A stretch of DNA of 64,000 bases, taken from the IMG/VR virus record IMGVR_UViG_2841800567_000010. One strand, 5' to 3'. Of the stretch, positions 22,731 to 33,112 are shown one piece after another (the first letter of the stretch is position 1; each line of letters begins with the position of its first letter). A program made the translations under genes and the position numbers. This DNA comes from an uncultured virus (IMG/VR IMGVR_UViG_2841800567_000010). Its lineage: Duplodnaviria; Heunggongvirae; Uroviricota; Caudoviricetes. A model generated the notes under the pieces. The model was not told the origin of the DNA. It saw nothing but the letters and a program-made list of their open reading frames with translations, and made no database searches.

Positions 22731-23882
22731 ATGCTGACCATTAAGCAGATCGACGCGGCCAAGCCAAAAGACAAACCCTACCGCCTGCTGGACAGCAATG
22801 GTCTGTACCTCTACGTTCCGGCGTCCGGTAAAAAAGTCTGGCAGCTGCGGTACAAAATCGATGGCAAGGAGAAAGTTCTGACGGTGGGAAAGTACCCGCT
22901 GATGTCATTACAGGAAGCCAGAGATAAAGCCTGGTTGGCAAGGAAGGATGTTTCGGTGGGCATAGATCCGGTTAAAGCGAAAAAGCTGTCGGTCAAGGAT
23001 AATTCTTTCGGTGCTATTTACCATGAATGGTATGAACACAAAAAACAGGTCTGGTCGCTGGGATATGCTGAGGAACTGGCGCGGATGTTCCGCGATGACA
23101 TTCTGCCAATGATCGGCGGGCTGGAAATTAACGAAATCGAGCCGATGAAGATACTGGAAGTGATCCGCAGGTTTGAAGAACGCGGCGCGATGGAGAGAGC
23201 CAATAAAGCCAGGCGCAGGTGTGGCGAGGTTTTCCGCTATGCCATAGTGACTGGCCGGGCCAAATACAATCCGGCACCCGATCTGGCTGATGCGATGAAG
23301 GGATACAGAAAACAGAACTACCCTTTCCTCCCCGCTGACCAGATACCGGCTTTTAACCGTGCGCTGGCGGGCTACTCAGGCAGCATTGTTTCTCGTATAG
23401 CAACACAGATTCTTCAGTACACCGCGCTCCGAACGAAAGAACTCCGGTCTATGCAATGGGCGAACGTCGATTTTGCAACCAGGACGATTACGATTGCGGC
23501 TGAAGTGATGAAAGGCCGCCGTATCCACATCGTCCCAATGTCAGATCAGGTTATCTCCCTACTGGAGATGCTCAGGCCAATTACGGCGCCGGTGTCCGCT
23601 TTTGTGTTCGCTGGCCGTAATGACAAAAAGAAGCCGATCAGCGAGAACGCCGTTTTGCTGGTTATCCGCCAGATCGGCTATGAAGGGCTTGCCAGCGGCC
23701 ACGGCTTCCGGCACCAGTTCAGTACCATTATGAATGAAAATGAATGGCCTCATGACGCCATAGAGCGCCAACTGGCACACACCGATAGCGGCTCTATTCG
23801 CGGCATTTACAACCATGCGCAATATCTGGAGAAGCGCCGGGAGATGATGCAGTGGTGGGCTGACTGGCTGGATGGCGCATAA
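22731..23882 (+). CDS. intS: IntS-like tyrosine integrase
   Basis: MLTIKQIDAAKPKDKPYRL; R, HGFR, LAH and YNHA catalytic motifs intact. Confidence 0.92.
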   Translation: MLTIKQIDAAKPKDKPYRLLDSNGLYLYVPASGKKVWQLRYKIDGKEKVLTVGKYPLMSLQEARDKAWLARKDVSVGIDPVKAKKLSVKDNSFGAIYHEWYEHKKQVWSLGYAEELARMFRDDILPMIGGLEINEIEPMKILEVIRRFEERGAMERANKARRRCGEVFRYAIVTGRAKYNPAPDLADAMKGYRKQNYPFLPADQIPAFNRALAGYSGSIVSRIATQILQYTALRTKELRSMQWANVDFATRTITIAAEVMKGRRIHIVPMSDQVISLLEMLRPITAPVSAFVFAGRNDKKKPISENAVLLVIRQIGYEGLASGHGFRHQFSTIMNENEWPHDAIERQLAHTDSGSIRGIYNHAQYLEKRREMMQWWADWLDGA

Positions 23883-23947
23883 ATCAAAACGGCAGCCTGT
23901 CATCCCACGCATCATCGATAACACCGGGAGCAACGTCATGGTGTGAT

Positions 23948-25216
23948 TTACACCACTACGTTAATCATCAGGTTTCTCGGCTCACCAGCCGGACCGCGGA
24001 CAATGCCTGCAATTGAGCCATTCTTAATTGATGATGTTAAATCCGTAGTAATGTATTCGACGATGCGCTGGTCCGGCCACGTATCCGATACGCTGATTTT
24101 TGCTGTTGAAGCTGAAATTTCTACCAGTTCCGCACCACGCAAATGGTTTACCCGAGAAAATGCCATCGATGGGATATCCCCCGCCGGGGTATTAGCACAC
24201 AAATTCCAGGTATGTTCGCTGCCCTTTTCGGCTGTAAGCACAATGCACCCTACAAGCGCCAGAGACGATGTCAGATCTCCAAAAATCATAGCTCCTCGGG
24301 ACTGCGCCCAGCCGGATAAAGTGGCGTCATCATTATCGGGAACAGTATCAAGAATAATCCCACGCACATCCAGAAGGCCACCGGTGGATATATCGAAGCC
24401 CATTACGCCCAGAATTCGAGTCGTTTCGTTATAATCACAGTGTGCCTTAATAGTCGGCCTCGCCAGGTCTTTAGCAGCGTAGCCATAGTATGAAGGCTGC
24501 TCCGGCGACAGTTCGGGGACTTTATCGCCATCGATATACGGATCGGCATACGGGATTAACGCTCGTGTACAGCCGGAAACCTGCGGGTACGTATCCAGTA
24601 TGAAAGTCTGTCCGGCATGCAGATGAATCGTATTGCTCTTGTTAGCCGGTGTCCGCGTAAGAGCCTCATTCAGGGTTTTAAGCGGTTTTTCTCGCGAACC
24701 GATATTATCATCACTGCCGTTAACGGTATCGACATACAGATTGAGCAAATCATCAGACGCTGACGTACCGTAGTAAAGCCCATCGTCGCGGATCTCCAGC
24801 AGATTGCCGCTATTCCCGGACAGTTTAACACCCAGCGGATCCGCCTCTGTTCCGTCGCCGTGCAGGGTCTGATCGTGAAACACTTTGAGCACATACGGGC
24901 CTGAGCAGCGGGGGAAATAGAATGCCTGTGCGCCGAGCTGGTCATAAACAGCAATCGAATAATCCTGCGTCACTACCAGTTTAACCACCTGCCCGCTGAT
25001 AACCGGGTAACCACCAGCATTGATGCTGATCGGCTGCGCTATAGGCGTCAGCGTGCCGTTCTCGCCCTCCTGGTAAACAGTTACGCGGTTCGTCTCAGCT
25101 GTAGGATCAGTATCCGGTTTGCCGACATAGATTTTACCGTTAAAAACGGTGCTGAACTGGCGCGGCATGGTGTAAAGTTCAACAGGGAGCGTGAGCGGTA
25201 CGGCGTTATCGGTCAT
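23948..25216 (-). CDS. Tailspike/fibre with P22-type head-binding domain
   Basis: NGKIYVGKPDTDP...QPISINAGGYPV; position after the ejection genes. Confidence 0.88.
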   Translation of the reverse strand: MTDNAVPLTLPVELYTMPRQFSTVFNGKIYVGKPDTDPTAETNRVTVYQEGENGTLTPIAQPISINAGGYPVISGQVVKLVVTQDYSIAVYDQLGAQAFYFPRCSGPYVLKVFHDQTLHGDGTEADPLGVKLSGNSGNLLEIRDDGLYYGTSASDDLLNLYVDTVNGSDDNIGSREKPLKTLNEALTRTPANKSNTIHLHAGQTFILDTYPQVSGCTRALIPYADPYIDGDKVPELSPEQPSYYGYAAKDLARPTIKAHCDYNETTRILGVMGFDISTGGLLDVRGIILDTVPDNDDATLSGWAQSRGAMIFGDLTSSLALVGCIVLTAEKGSEHTWNLCANTPAGDIPSMAFSRVNHLRGAELVEISASTAKISVSDTWPDQRIVEYITTDLTSSIKNGSIAGIVRGPAGEPRNLMINVVV

Positions 25217-25262
25217 TTTAATATCCTTTTATTGAGATAATTAATGGATAAGGAAGGTCAAT

Positions 25263-25697
25263 ATGATTAGCTTCTTTAAATCAAAATCAGAAGAAACAAA
25301 ACGCAATGAGTTAAATAAAGAAATTGAAATATTACAAAAATATGTAAGACAACTTCATTCCACCCTTAGCGATAAAGAGTACGAAGCGCAGAATAACTTA
25401 GGCATTATTTCTGAAAAATACAAAATACCTTTAAGCAAAGCTGCTACGCACCCTGAATTACAGCACCTACTATCAGAGTTGGTTCTTATCCGGCAATACG
25501 CACATTATAATACCGAGTTACTTATCCAGAAAAAACACGAACTCTATTTATTAATTAATGGCGGTGTAGAATCAGCCCCTAGCTTAAATGCTCACAGTTG
25601 GCTTACTGAAATAGTATTACCTGTAGCTGGCGAACAAGTTAAAACAGAAATTGCTGAATATGCTGAAAAACTGGTTAACAATACTATTACCTGTTAG
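25263..25697 (+). CDS. AT-rich moron, hypothetical coiled-coil protein
   Basis: AAGGAAGG RBS, antisense to the late operon. Confidence 0.7.
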   Translation: MISFFKSKSEETKRNELNKEIEILQKYVRQLHSTLSDKEYEAQNNLGIISEKYKIPLSKAATHPELQHLLSELVLIRQYAHYNTELLIQKKHELYLLINGGVESAPSLNAHSWLTEIVLPVAGEQVKTEIAEYAEKLVNNTITC

Positions 25698-25705
25698 TAA
25701 ATAGG

Positions 25706-27964
25706 CTATTCATCACCGACAATCCAGCCAATGATCCCCATGCGGGCCAGCGTGCGGCGTTCTTTTTCTGGCAGCGAACCGAAAAATTCGCGCCATTCTG
25801 ATGATGACCGTAGCTGGCTCTCGCTTTCCATAATTTTTCCGGCTGTCGACTTACCAGCCTGAGAGCGAAAAGCGGCCTGATAAGCCGGGGAGCTTATCAG
25901 CTTTTCCGCCGCTTCCGATGACGCGGACCCGCCAGCAATCCTTGCCTTTTCGGCCAGACGCGCACCTATCGCGGAACCGGCCAGAGCACCCAGCGATCCC
26001 CCCTGTGCACCTGCCATAGTGCCTACTTTCGCCGCGTATTTCGCCATCATGTCATGAGATGCCGTTACCCGGTCAAAGCGTTTGGTGAAGTCGTTCAGGG
26101 CACCCGTAGCAACCTCATGCGCTTTCGCCCGACGGATGGCATCAGCAACGGTATAAAGATCGCGTAAGCCTTTCTTCATATCTGTAGGCAGGTGAGGTTC
26201 AAGCAGGCGAATATTGCCGTTTTTCATCATGTTCTGATACCAGTCCGCATAGCCTCCCGGATTGAAATCAGCGCCGCGTTTACCCGCTGAGAGCATGTCA
26301 CGAATACCTGTGGCAACGATCTCTGATCGCATCTGCCGCGAAGGGATATTCATCATCAGCTCACGAAAGTCTTTACCGCTCCCTTTCGCCATCGAAGACA
26401 GGGCTGCCGAGGCTTTTGTCGTGACGTCTCCCGTCAGATTCTTGCCGCGCAGCGAAACCATTTTCTCTTCCAGATTTTTACGCATCTGTACCAGACGCTG
26501 AGCCACTTCAAAATCACGGCGGGCGCTGACTTCACCGAGCGCTGAACGCTGATCTTCTGATAACTGCCCATACAACCGTGAGAGCGCGTCTTCATCAGCA
26601 TCTTTATAAGGGCCGCTCTTTTTGTAGAGCGCCTGCCCTACCATTCTCCGCTGTTTGTTGAGGTTGGCGTAGGTCAGTCGCCCTTCCGGCCCGGGGTTGA
26701 CGGCCTTAAAAACTTTCTGCTCTATCGGATCGAGGTTCTCCCACCCTCCCAGCTCATCCGCCTGGTTTTCGAGATGCCGGGCGGTGTTAACAGCTTCAAC
26801 TTTTGAAGATGAAGGCAAAGCGCTGTCAACCCGCGAATATAGCTGATCGCTGCGACGCTCAAGCGAGGCCATACGGTTATCAACCTTACCGATAAAGTGC
26901 TCGTTCATCGCCAGCGCATCCGGCAGGCCAGCCACATCATCAATCATCTTCCCGGCATTTTCAGCCAGCTTCGCCGTTGCCCGGTCTTCCTGCACCCTCA
27001 GCACCGACCCCTTACGGGATTTAATTGCCTGCTCCACTGCCTGATATTGTGCGTTGCCCGACAGATGGGAAGGCAGTAAATCATCCGCAACGCCCAGCCG
27101 TTCCGCTGCGGTGATAACATCCTGGCGGGGCTTCAGGTCAAGACCGTTCAGAGACGAGGCCAGATCAGGGTTTTTGCTGTTGGAAATATCACGGATAGCA
27201 TCCTGCATTTTTTCCTGTTCGGGTGTGAAAGCACTCTTCACTTCCGGTTCTACGCCTGCCGATACCGCCTGTTTTTCTGCGGGACGAATACCCTGCTTAA
27301 TCACTGAGGCAATCCCGTTAACTGCGGGCACAACTGCACGAACGGCACCACTTGCTAATGTGTCGATCGCCAGATCTTTTGCCAGCCCTTCAGGATTATC
27401 AGCACTGCTGTTTTGGGCCAGAGCACCGGGTACGTTTTCAGCCAGCATATCCGCCGCTTTTGTCGCGAACCGTTCCGCACGTCCGGCACTGGCTGCAGAC
27501 CCCAGCGCGGCTGCCGTCCGCTCTGCCCCAACGCCGGGTATCAGATACGGGCCAATTTCCGCGCCGATTTTGGCGTACTCATCGTTCGGCTGAAGTGCAT
27601 CAGGTAGCGCGAAGCGCTGCGCCGGAGTGAAAGTACCGTCGCCCATGCCCAGCTTGCCACCTGCCCATGCAGCAGCACTCTGCACAGCGTCACCAACTTC
27701 AGGAATGATGTTAGCCATATTCACAGCGGACTGAGCAAGCCCCTTACCCGCTTCCAGAAAAGGATTATCCGGCTGGGACTGCTGTTGCTGGCCGGGAGAT
27801 GGATAGGCTGAATAAAAGGCCGCCTTCGCCTGCGATGCCTGGTCACCCGCACGGGGAGCGACAACCTCGTTAAAGTACTGTTCCTGCGCTTCGCTTTTCT
27901 GAGCGGGTGAAAGTTGCTGGTATTGTGGCGACGCGATAACATCTTTCCATGCTTTAGCCATCAT
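25706..27964 (-). CDS. DNA ejection protein (gp16-like)
   Basis: MAKAWKDVIASPQYQ.L...AQEQYFNEVVAP; gene order. Confidence 0.8.
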   Translation of the reverse strand: MMAKAWKDVIASPQYQQLSPAQKSEAQEQYFNEVVAPRAGDQASQAKAAFYSAYPSPGQQQQSQPDNPFLEAGKGLAQSAVNMANIIPEVGDAVQSAAAWAGGKLGMGDGTFTPAQRFALPDALQPNDEYAKIGAEIGPYLIPGVGAERTAAALGSAASAGRAERFATKAADMLAENVPGALAQNSSADNPEGLAKDLAIDTLASGAVRAVVPAVNGIASVIKQGIRPAEKQAVSAGVEPEVKSAFTPEQEKMQDAIRDISNSKNPDLASSLNGLDLKPRQDVITAAERLGVADDLLPSHLSGNAQYQAVEQAIKSRKGSVLRVQEDRATAKLAENAGKMIDDVAGLPDALAMNEHFIGKVDNRMASLERRSDQLYSRVDSALPSSSKVEAVNTARHLENQADELGGWENLDPIEQKVFKAVNPGPEGRLTYANLNKQRRMVGQALYKKSGPYKDADEDALSRLYGQLSEDQRSALGEVSARRDFEVAQRLVQMRKNLEEKMVSLRGKNLTGDVTTKASAALSSMAKGSGKDFRELMMNIPSRQMRSEIVATGIRDMLSAGKRGADFNPGGYADWYQNMMKNGNIRLLEPHLPTDMKKGLRDLYTVADAIRRAKAHEVATGALNDFTKRFDRVTASHDMMAKYAAKVGTMAGAQGGSLGALAGSAIGARLAEKARIAGGSASSEAAEKLISSPAYQAAFRSQAGKSTAGKIMESESQLRSSSEWREFFGSLPEKERRTLARMGIIGWIVGDE

Positions 27965-29133
27965 TCACCCCACAATGAAGAGTAAGCAGATTGCTGCCCA
28001 CCAGGCTTAGGGGGATTACCAGCGTATTCCGGCTTATACCCGTTCAGTCCAGCTTCTAATTTGCCAGCAATTTGCTCAAGTCTTGATTTTGTCGCGCTAT
28101 AAGAACCGCGGATACCATTGTCGCCAACGTTCAGTCCTGATGACATAGATTTTAAGAATGCCAGGTCTTTATCTGACATTGAGCCTTTAAGAAGGCCGAG
28201 ATTGCCAGCAGTTAACATGGATTGCAGTTGCTGTGCCTTATTAATTAAGTCAACGCTACCGCCCTCAAATTTTGGAATTCTGGACTGAAGTGAACCGGTC
28301 ACCACATTAAGATAAGGGTCGCTGGCAATTGTTCGGGCGAGTTGGGCAGCTTCATAAGACATATCCTTACCCTGTTTTATTTGCTGCTGACGTTCGGCAA
28401 TAGCAGCATCATTAGCATCAATTTTTTGCTGTGCGGCCTGCCGTTTGAGGTCATTGTCAGCCGCTTTATACTGGTTCTCCAGTTGCCTTTGTTGGTAGTT
28501 CAGCTTTTTCAACTGCATATCGTCCGCATGGAACTGCGCCGCCTGGTTCAGACCGGCCCAGCCGCGCGCGTCCGCCAGATTCTGCCCACGAGCTGTTAGC
28601 CCCTCGTTAGCTCTGTGGCTACGTGATGTCTCCGCTCGGGTCTCACGATTACCCTGCTCAGCGTAATAGTCCTTCACGCCCAGCGCGCCCATGCCTACCG
28701 TATCGATAATATGCTGCGTGCCGCGCGGGTCCTGCTGATACTGTTTAAATAGGTCCTCCGGCGTGCTGCCGACGCTCTGCAGCGTCGCGCGATGTTGCGC
28801 AGCTGCCTGGGCGAACGCCGCCGGATTGCCGCTGGCCGCCGCTATGCGTAAATCGCGGGCAGCATTGCCCAGCGCCATGCGGTGATTGTCGTCGCGAAAG
28901 CCAATCGCCTTCTGCACCGTCTCCATCTGCTGAGGATATTTCGCTACGATAGCATCCAGCGCAGCCGGATCTCCCGACGCATAAGCTGTTTGCCAGTCAC
29001 GCTGGAACTGCTGCTGGGCCTTTTGCTGCTCAGCCTGGGCTTTCTGCTGTTGCACCTGCTGATACATCCCGGCTCCCTGTAGCCCCTGCAAAAAACCGTT
29101 CCCGGACGTGTAGTCGATTGGTTGAAAATCCAT
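27961..29133 (-). CDS. DNA ejection protein (gp20-like)
   Basis: Q/A-rich; ETSRSHRANEGLTARGQN; gene order. Confidence 0.8.
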   Translation of the reverse strand: MDFQPIDYTSGNGFLQGLQGAGMYQQVQQQKAQAEQQKAQQQFQRDWQTAYASGDPAALDAIVAKYPQQMETVQKAIGFRDDNHRMALGNAARDLRIAAASGNPAAFAQAAAQHRATLQSVGSTPEDLFKQYQQDPRGTQHIIDTVGMGALGVKDYYAEQGNRETRAETSRSHRANEGLTARGQNLADARGWAGLNQAAQFHADDMQLKKLNYQQRQLENQYKAADNDLKRQAAQQKIDANDAAIAERQQQIKQGKDMSYEAAQLARTIASDPYLNVVTGSLQSRIPKFEGGSVDLINKAQQLQSMLTAGNLGLLKGSMSDKDLAFLKSMSSGLNVGDNGIRGSYSATKSRLEQIAGKLEAGLNGYKPEYAGNPPKPGGQQSAYSSLWGE

Positions 29134-29144
29134 GCTGCCGCCTC

Positions 29145-29711
29145 CTAAAACAATCCCGCAAGAAAGCCGATCCCCTGCGTCAGTGCCTGCCCATTTGCCA
29201 GCGAATTACCCACCTTGGCCGCGCCAATCTGATTGACGTTGTTGCTGTATGCGTTTGCGTAGTTGTTACCGCTGGTATTCATGACGTTTGCGGCATTCAT
29301 GCCGATGCCGGTCAGACCGGTCAGGTTGTTGTACTGGCTGCTCAGATACTGCTGGCCGAGCTGCGGCGCGATCGATGCCAGCGCATTGCTGGTTGCCGTG
29401 GAGCCCAGCCCGCCGGTTGCCTCGGCGCTAGCCAGCTGCTGATATCGTGCCTGATTTGCGAGGCCTGAATACTCAGACGAGTTGTAATAGTCCGCCAGCG
29501 TGCCACTGCGGTTATTGACCAGATTTTGCAGTCCGGTTAGCGCAGTACTGCCTGCATTGTAATACGGCGTCATGCGCTGAACCTGGTCGTTATAAATTTG
29601 CTGCGCCATCGCGTTTGACTGATTCGCCGCGCTGGTTGTGGCGCTGGCCGCCGCATTCGCACCGGTCACACTGCCTATCACATTGCCGACCGCCTTACCA
29701 ATTCCGCCCAT
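29145..29711 (-). CDS. DNA ejection protein (gp7-like)
   Basis: ARYQQLASAEATGGLGSTATSNALASIAP. Confidence 0.85.
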   Translation of the reverse strand: MGGIGKAVGNVIGSVTGANAAASATTSAANQSNAMAQQIYNDQVQRMTPYYNAGSTALTGLQNLVNNRSGTLADYYNSSEYSGLANQARYQQLASAEATGGLGSTATSNALASIAPQLGQQYLSSQYNNLTGLTGIGMNAANVMNTSGNNYANAYSNNVNQIGAAKVGNSLANGQALTQGIGFLAGLF

Positions 29712-30084
29712 TATTTTTCCCCTTTATCATCAGAACTACCTCGCCAGTGGAGCCGTCTAAAAACTCCATCAGCACAGTTTTTTCGTAAGCGAAGCCGAAT
29801 TTTTTCGCGAGATTACAGACATGGCGCGACGTCGCAAGAATCGGCGCACGCACCTCCCTGTCGCCAATCCGCACGAGTACGTCGCGCACCGCGTCGCGAC
29901 ACCGCCAGCGCTGGCCTGATTGCATCGCCATGTGAATTTCGACGTAATCGCCATGGTCCGGCAGCGCGAACACGCCGCAATCGCACCAGAGATAATAATC
30001 AGTGTCGTAATCCGGCCAGCTCTCCAGCCCCCACGCGCGAAATAATGCCTGCCCTGTGAGAGCATCAATTTTTTGAAGGTTCAT
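29695..30084 (-). CDS. gp14-position virion assembly protein
   Basis: Position between gp26 and gp7; EIHMAM, NLAKKFGF. Confidence 0.6.
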   Translation of the reverse strand: MNLQKIDALTGQALFRAWGLESWPDYDTDYYLWCDCGVFALPDHGDYVEIHMAMQSGQRWRCRDAVRDVLVRIGDREVRAPILATSRHVCNLAKKFGFAYEKTVLMEFLDGSTGEVVLMIKGKNNGRNW

Positions 30085-30086
30085 GT

Positions 30087-30578
30087 TTAGTCGATTAAGC
30101 CGTGGGCGCGCAGCGCGTCCTCTAAAGCCTTGATGCGCTGGCGGGCCTCTTTCAGGCCACCGGGTGCTGAGTCGGGATCGAAATCAGCGTCGGCGTTGAA
30201 CGCCCCGCTGCTGGCGCTGCCGGTTGCGGGAGTAAAACCGGTCACGCGGCCACCGACGACCTGAATGCCGTTAACCGTGAAGGATGTCGCACCGAGGGAG
30301 CCGCCAACGCTCTGCGCATCGGTGGCGCTTTTTGACACGTAATCACCGTTAATTTGCTTCAGCGCCTCACCCTGGCTGGCAATAGTCTTGTCCTGCTCTT
30401 CGTTCTGCTCCTGTGCCGTGTTGGCATCCCGGCCAGCTGAATTGGCCTTGTTCGCAATATTCACCATGCTGTTGCTCTGCTGCAGGACATACAGCTGATA
30501 TGCCCGGGAGAAATTGGAAGGGAGCATTTGCGCATTGATTGGTGTGGGGAGTACCTGCACATCATCATTTTTAGCCAT
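30087..30578 (-). CDS. Tail needle protein (gp26-like)
   Basis: LPSNFSRAYQLYVLQQ...DYVSKSAT...ALEDALRAHGLID. Confidence 0.88.
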   Translation of the reverse strand: MAKNDDVQVLPTPINAQMLPSNFSRAYQLYVLQQSNSMVNIANKANSAGRDANTAQEQNEEQDKTIASQGEALKQINGDYVSKSATDAQSVGGSLGATSFTVNGIQVVGGRVTGFTPATGSASSGAFNADADFDPDSAPGGLKEARQRIKALEDALRAHGLID

Positions 30579-32346
30579 AACCCGCCCTTAACTGACAGTA
30601 AGCCAGCGCGGCTGGCGTACTGGTGACAAAGCGCAGGCGAAATCCGATGTTTTTACGACACCGACCGATCCTGCGCCAGATGATCCGCTGGTCGTAGCGG
30701 TAGAGGCTGTTGGAGGTGATTAACTGCTCACGCCCGTAATTACTGCCGTCCGTCGTCACCGAGATAAAGCAGCGCTCTGCTTCCAGCGCCAGCCCTGCGG
30801 CGGATTCAATCTCAAAGTCAAACAGCAGGGAGTTGTCCGCTTTCGCCAGCGGGGTATAAAGGACCAGCTCAGCGGCTTCGTCATATTGAGACGCGAGCGC
30901 AGGATCCAGTCTGCCGGTTACGCCCTCATTTTTGTCGCCCAGCGTGACGGCTGACCCGTCCCACATCAGATCAATCCCACGGTAAACAGCGTCATACAGG
31001 CCACTTTTCAGAATGCACCATTGCGGCCCGTCACCCGAGGCACTCCCATCGAAGCAGAGCGTATGCCGGGGCAGGTGCACGATCAGCAGTTCGTGGCCGT
31101 CAAATCTGACCGACTCCAGCACGCCGGACGCCAGTTCGTCAGCGCTGTAACCGCTTATCAGTTTTTCGACGGTCGGCGTTGCAATCGCTTTTTTGCTGCC
31201 ACTGTCGATGAGGTACACGGACGGTGCGCCTGTAGCCGGGTGACTGAGCACAGCGAACGAATCGCCGTAATGGCATTTACAGTAAGTCCCTGCGATGCCG
31301 GTATTCACCATCAGCGACGGCTGTGCAATGTAAACCGCATCGCTGGTGCTGGAACTGCCGGACAGCGAGAAATATTCTGTCGTGGCCGAGCCGAAACAAA
31401 CCACCATATCCCGCCAGCTGCCCACCCCCTGAATGCCGTCTGGCATTGACTCAGCCCGGTAAAATGGTCGGTACTGGTCCGGGTGTGTTTCGTCCTCAAG
31501 ATCCGTTATGCCGAAGGTGTCCGTACCATCTTTGACCCAGATATAGCGGCTCCGGTTGTGGCAGATATCGCGGACGGTCCCGATCTCATACTGCGCATAA
31601 TCGAGCGAAATCTCGTTAACGGTCAGATCGACAGACACCGCCGTAGCGTCAGTGCCGCCGCCGTTAAATGTCCAGCTCAGGGTAACAATGCTGCCGCTGG
31701 TTTTGCTGCCGGTTACCAACACCTCAGAAAGCCATGGGCCGCTTTCAGGCTTTTCCTGAGTCTGTTCGCTGCCCCACTGGCTTTCTGTGACTGTCAGCGC
31801 CTCGCCGGTAGTGCCGTCTGATTTTGTTGGCGTAAGCGTGATCGTTATTTTACCGTCCTGCGACTCTGCCGGGACATAAAACGCATCGCTGCCGCTGGCG
31901 GTGTGCGTCCACGCGCTGAGCGTTTTCTCGTAACCCTCCTGTGATATGACCGTTTCCGGCCAGTTATCGAGCGCTGTAAGCGTCTTATCATCGTAGCTGT
32001 AAAGCAGCAACTGGCCGTCAGCCGCCACGCCCTGGCTGCTGTAGCTGTGTGCCATGCTGACCCGCCCGCTGCCGGGTATGGTGACTTCAAGATCGGAGCC
32101 CCTGGCGTACAGCTTCGCACCGGCCACGCGAAACAGCTCACTTTGTTTTGTATTGTACTCCGCGCCGCGGGAAGTGCCGTCCACCTCCGCAGCTTTCGCT
32201 ATGCCAGGAAACGAGCGCATGTAACCCGCAGCGTTCAGCACCGGTTGCGGCACGGCCAGCATATTTACGGGCAGGAGATCGACGTAGTCAGCGATAAACG
32301 GGTTCTTCCCTTTACCCTTAATTATCGGAAGCTGGATCATCGGCAT
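30571..32346 (-). CDS. Tail hub / packaged DNA stabilisation protein (gp10-like)
   Basis: Likely start MPMIQLPIIKGKGK; DYVDLLPVNMLA, YRAESMPDGI. Confidence 0.92.
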   Translation of the reverse strand: MPMIQLPIIKGKGKNPFIADYVDLLPVNMLAVPQPVLNAAGYMRSFPGIAKAAEVDGTSRGAEYNTKQSELFRVAGAKLYARGSDLEVTIPGSGRVSMAHSYSSQGVAADGQLLLYSYDDKTLTALDNWPETVISQEGYEKTLSAWTHTASGSDAFYVPAESQDGKITITLTPTKSDGTTGEALTVTESQWGSEQTQEKPESGPWLSEVLVTGSKTSGSIVTLSWTFNGGGTDATAVSVDLTVNEISLDYAQYEIGTVRDICHNRSRYIWVKDGTDTFGITDLEDETHPDQYRPFYRAESMPDGIQGVGSWRDMVVCFGSATTEYFSLSGSSSTSDAVYIAQPSLMVNTGIAGTYCKCHYGDSFAVLSHPATGAPSVYLIDSGSKKAIATPTVEKLISGYSADELASGVLESVRFDGHELLIVHLPRHTLCFDGSASGDGPQWCILKSGLYDAVYRGIDLMWDGSAVTLGDKNEGVTGRLDPALASQYDEAAELVLYTPLAKADNSLLFDFEIESAAGLALEAERCFISVTTDGSNYGREQLITSNSLYRYDQRIIWRRIGRCRKNIGFRLRFVTSTPAALAYCQLRAGYG

Positions 32347-32786
32347 GGTGTCGTTTCCTGTGAAAATATCGCGATGTGTGACGGTTACCGCTGCCGGTTG
32401 GCATCCGGTTGGGATAACTGAGATGAGGCGTTCGCCGCTTCGCCAGCCACTTGACGATCCGCTCTTTGCCATAACTGCCTTTGGCAACCAGTCCGGCGGG
32501 AGCCTCCTGTCCGTAGTCAGCCAGCATGCGAATTGCCAGACAAACCAGCACGGCGTTGATGCAAAAATCAGGCAGGTTGTGGACATCCTCCGGTAATGGT
32601 GATGCACCGCTTTCCGAAAAGGCATACCCCACATCAATACCGCGCCGTTCGTCATCCATAAGCCATTCGGACATCATCAGATCGAGGTCGTCGAGGCCAT
32701 CTTCCAGCGACTGAGGGTCAACATCCGTCAGCGTGGCATTGCTGGCGAGCGAAGCCTTACGCAGCGCTGCCAGCACAATATCGCCC

Positions 32787-32803
<17 letters not shown>
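32318..32803 (-). CDS. Head-tail connector (gp4-like)
   Basis: TKGDIVLAALRK...YPNRMPTGSGN. Confidence 0.92.
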
Positions 32804-33071
<268 letters not shown>

Positions 33072-33112
33072 GAAATTACCTCATTTAAAAAGGGGCCAAA
33101 GCCCCTCAGTTG

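Noticed and set aside
22502..22774. 90-aa ORF
   Set aside because: Antisense over the tRNA and attL.
32347..32655. N-terminal extension of the 694-aa ORF
   Set aside because: Overlaps gp4; gp10 homology starts at ATG 32346.
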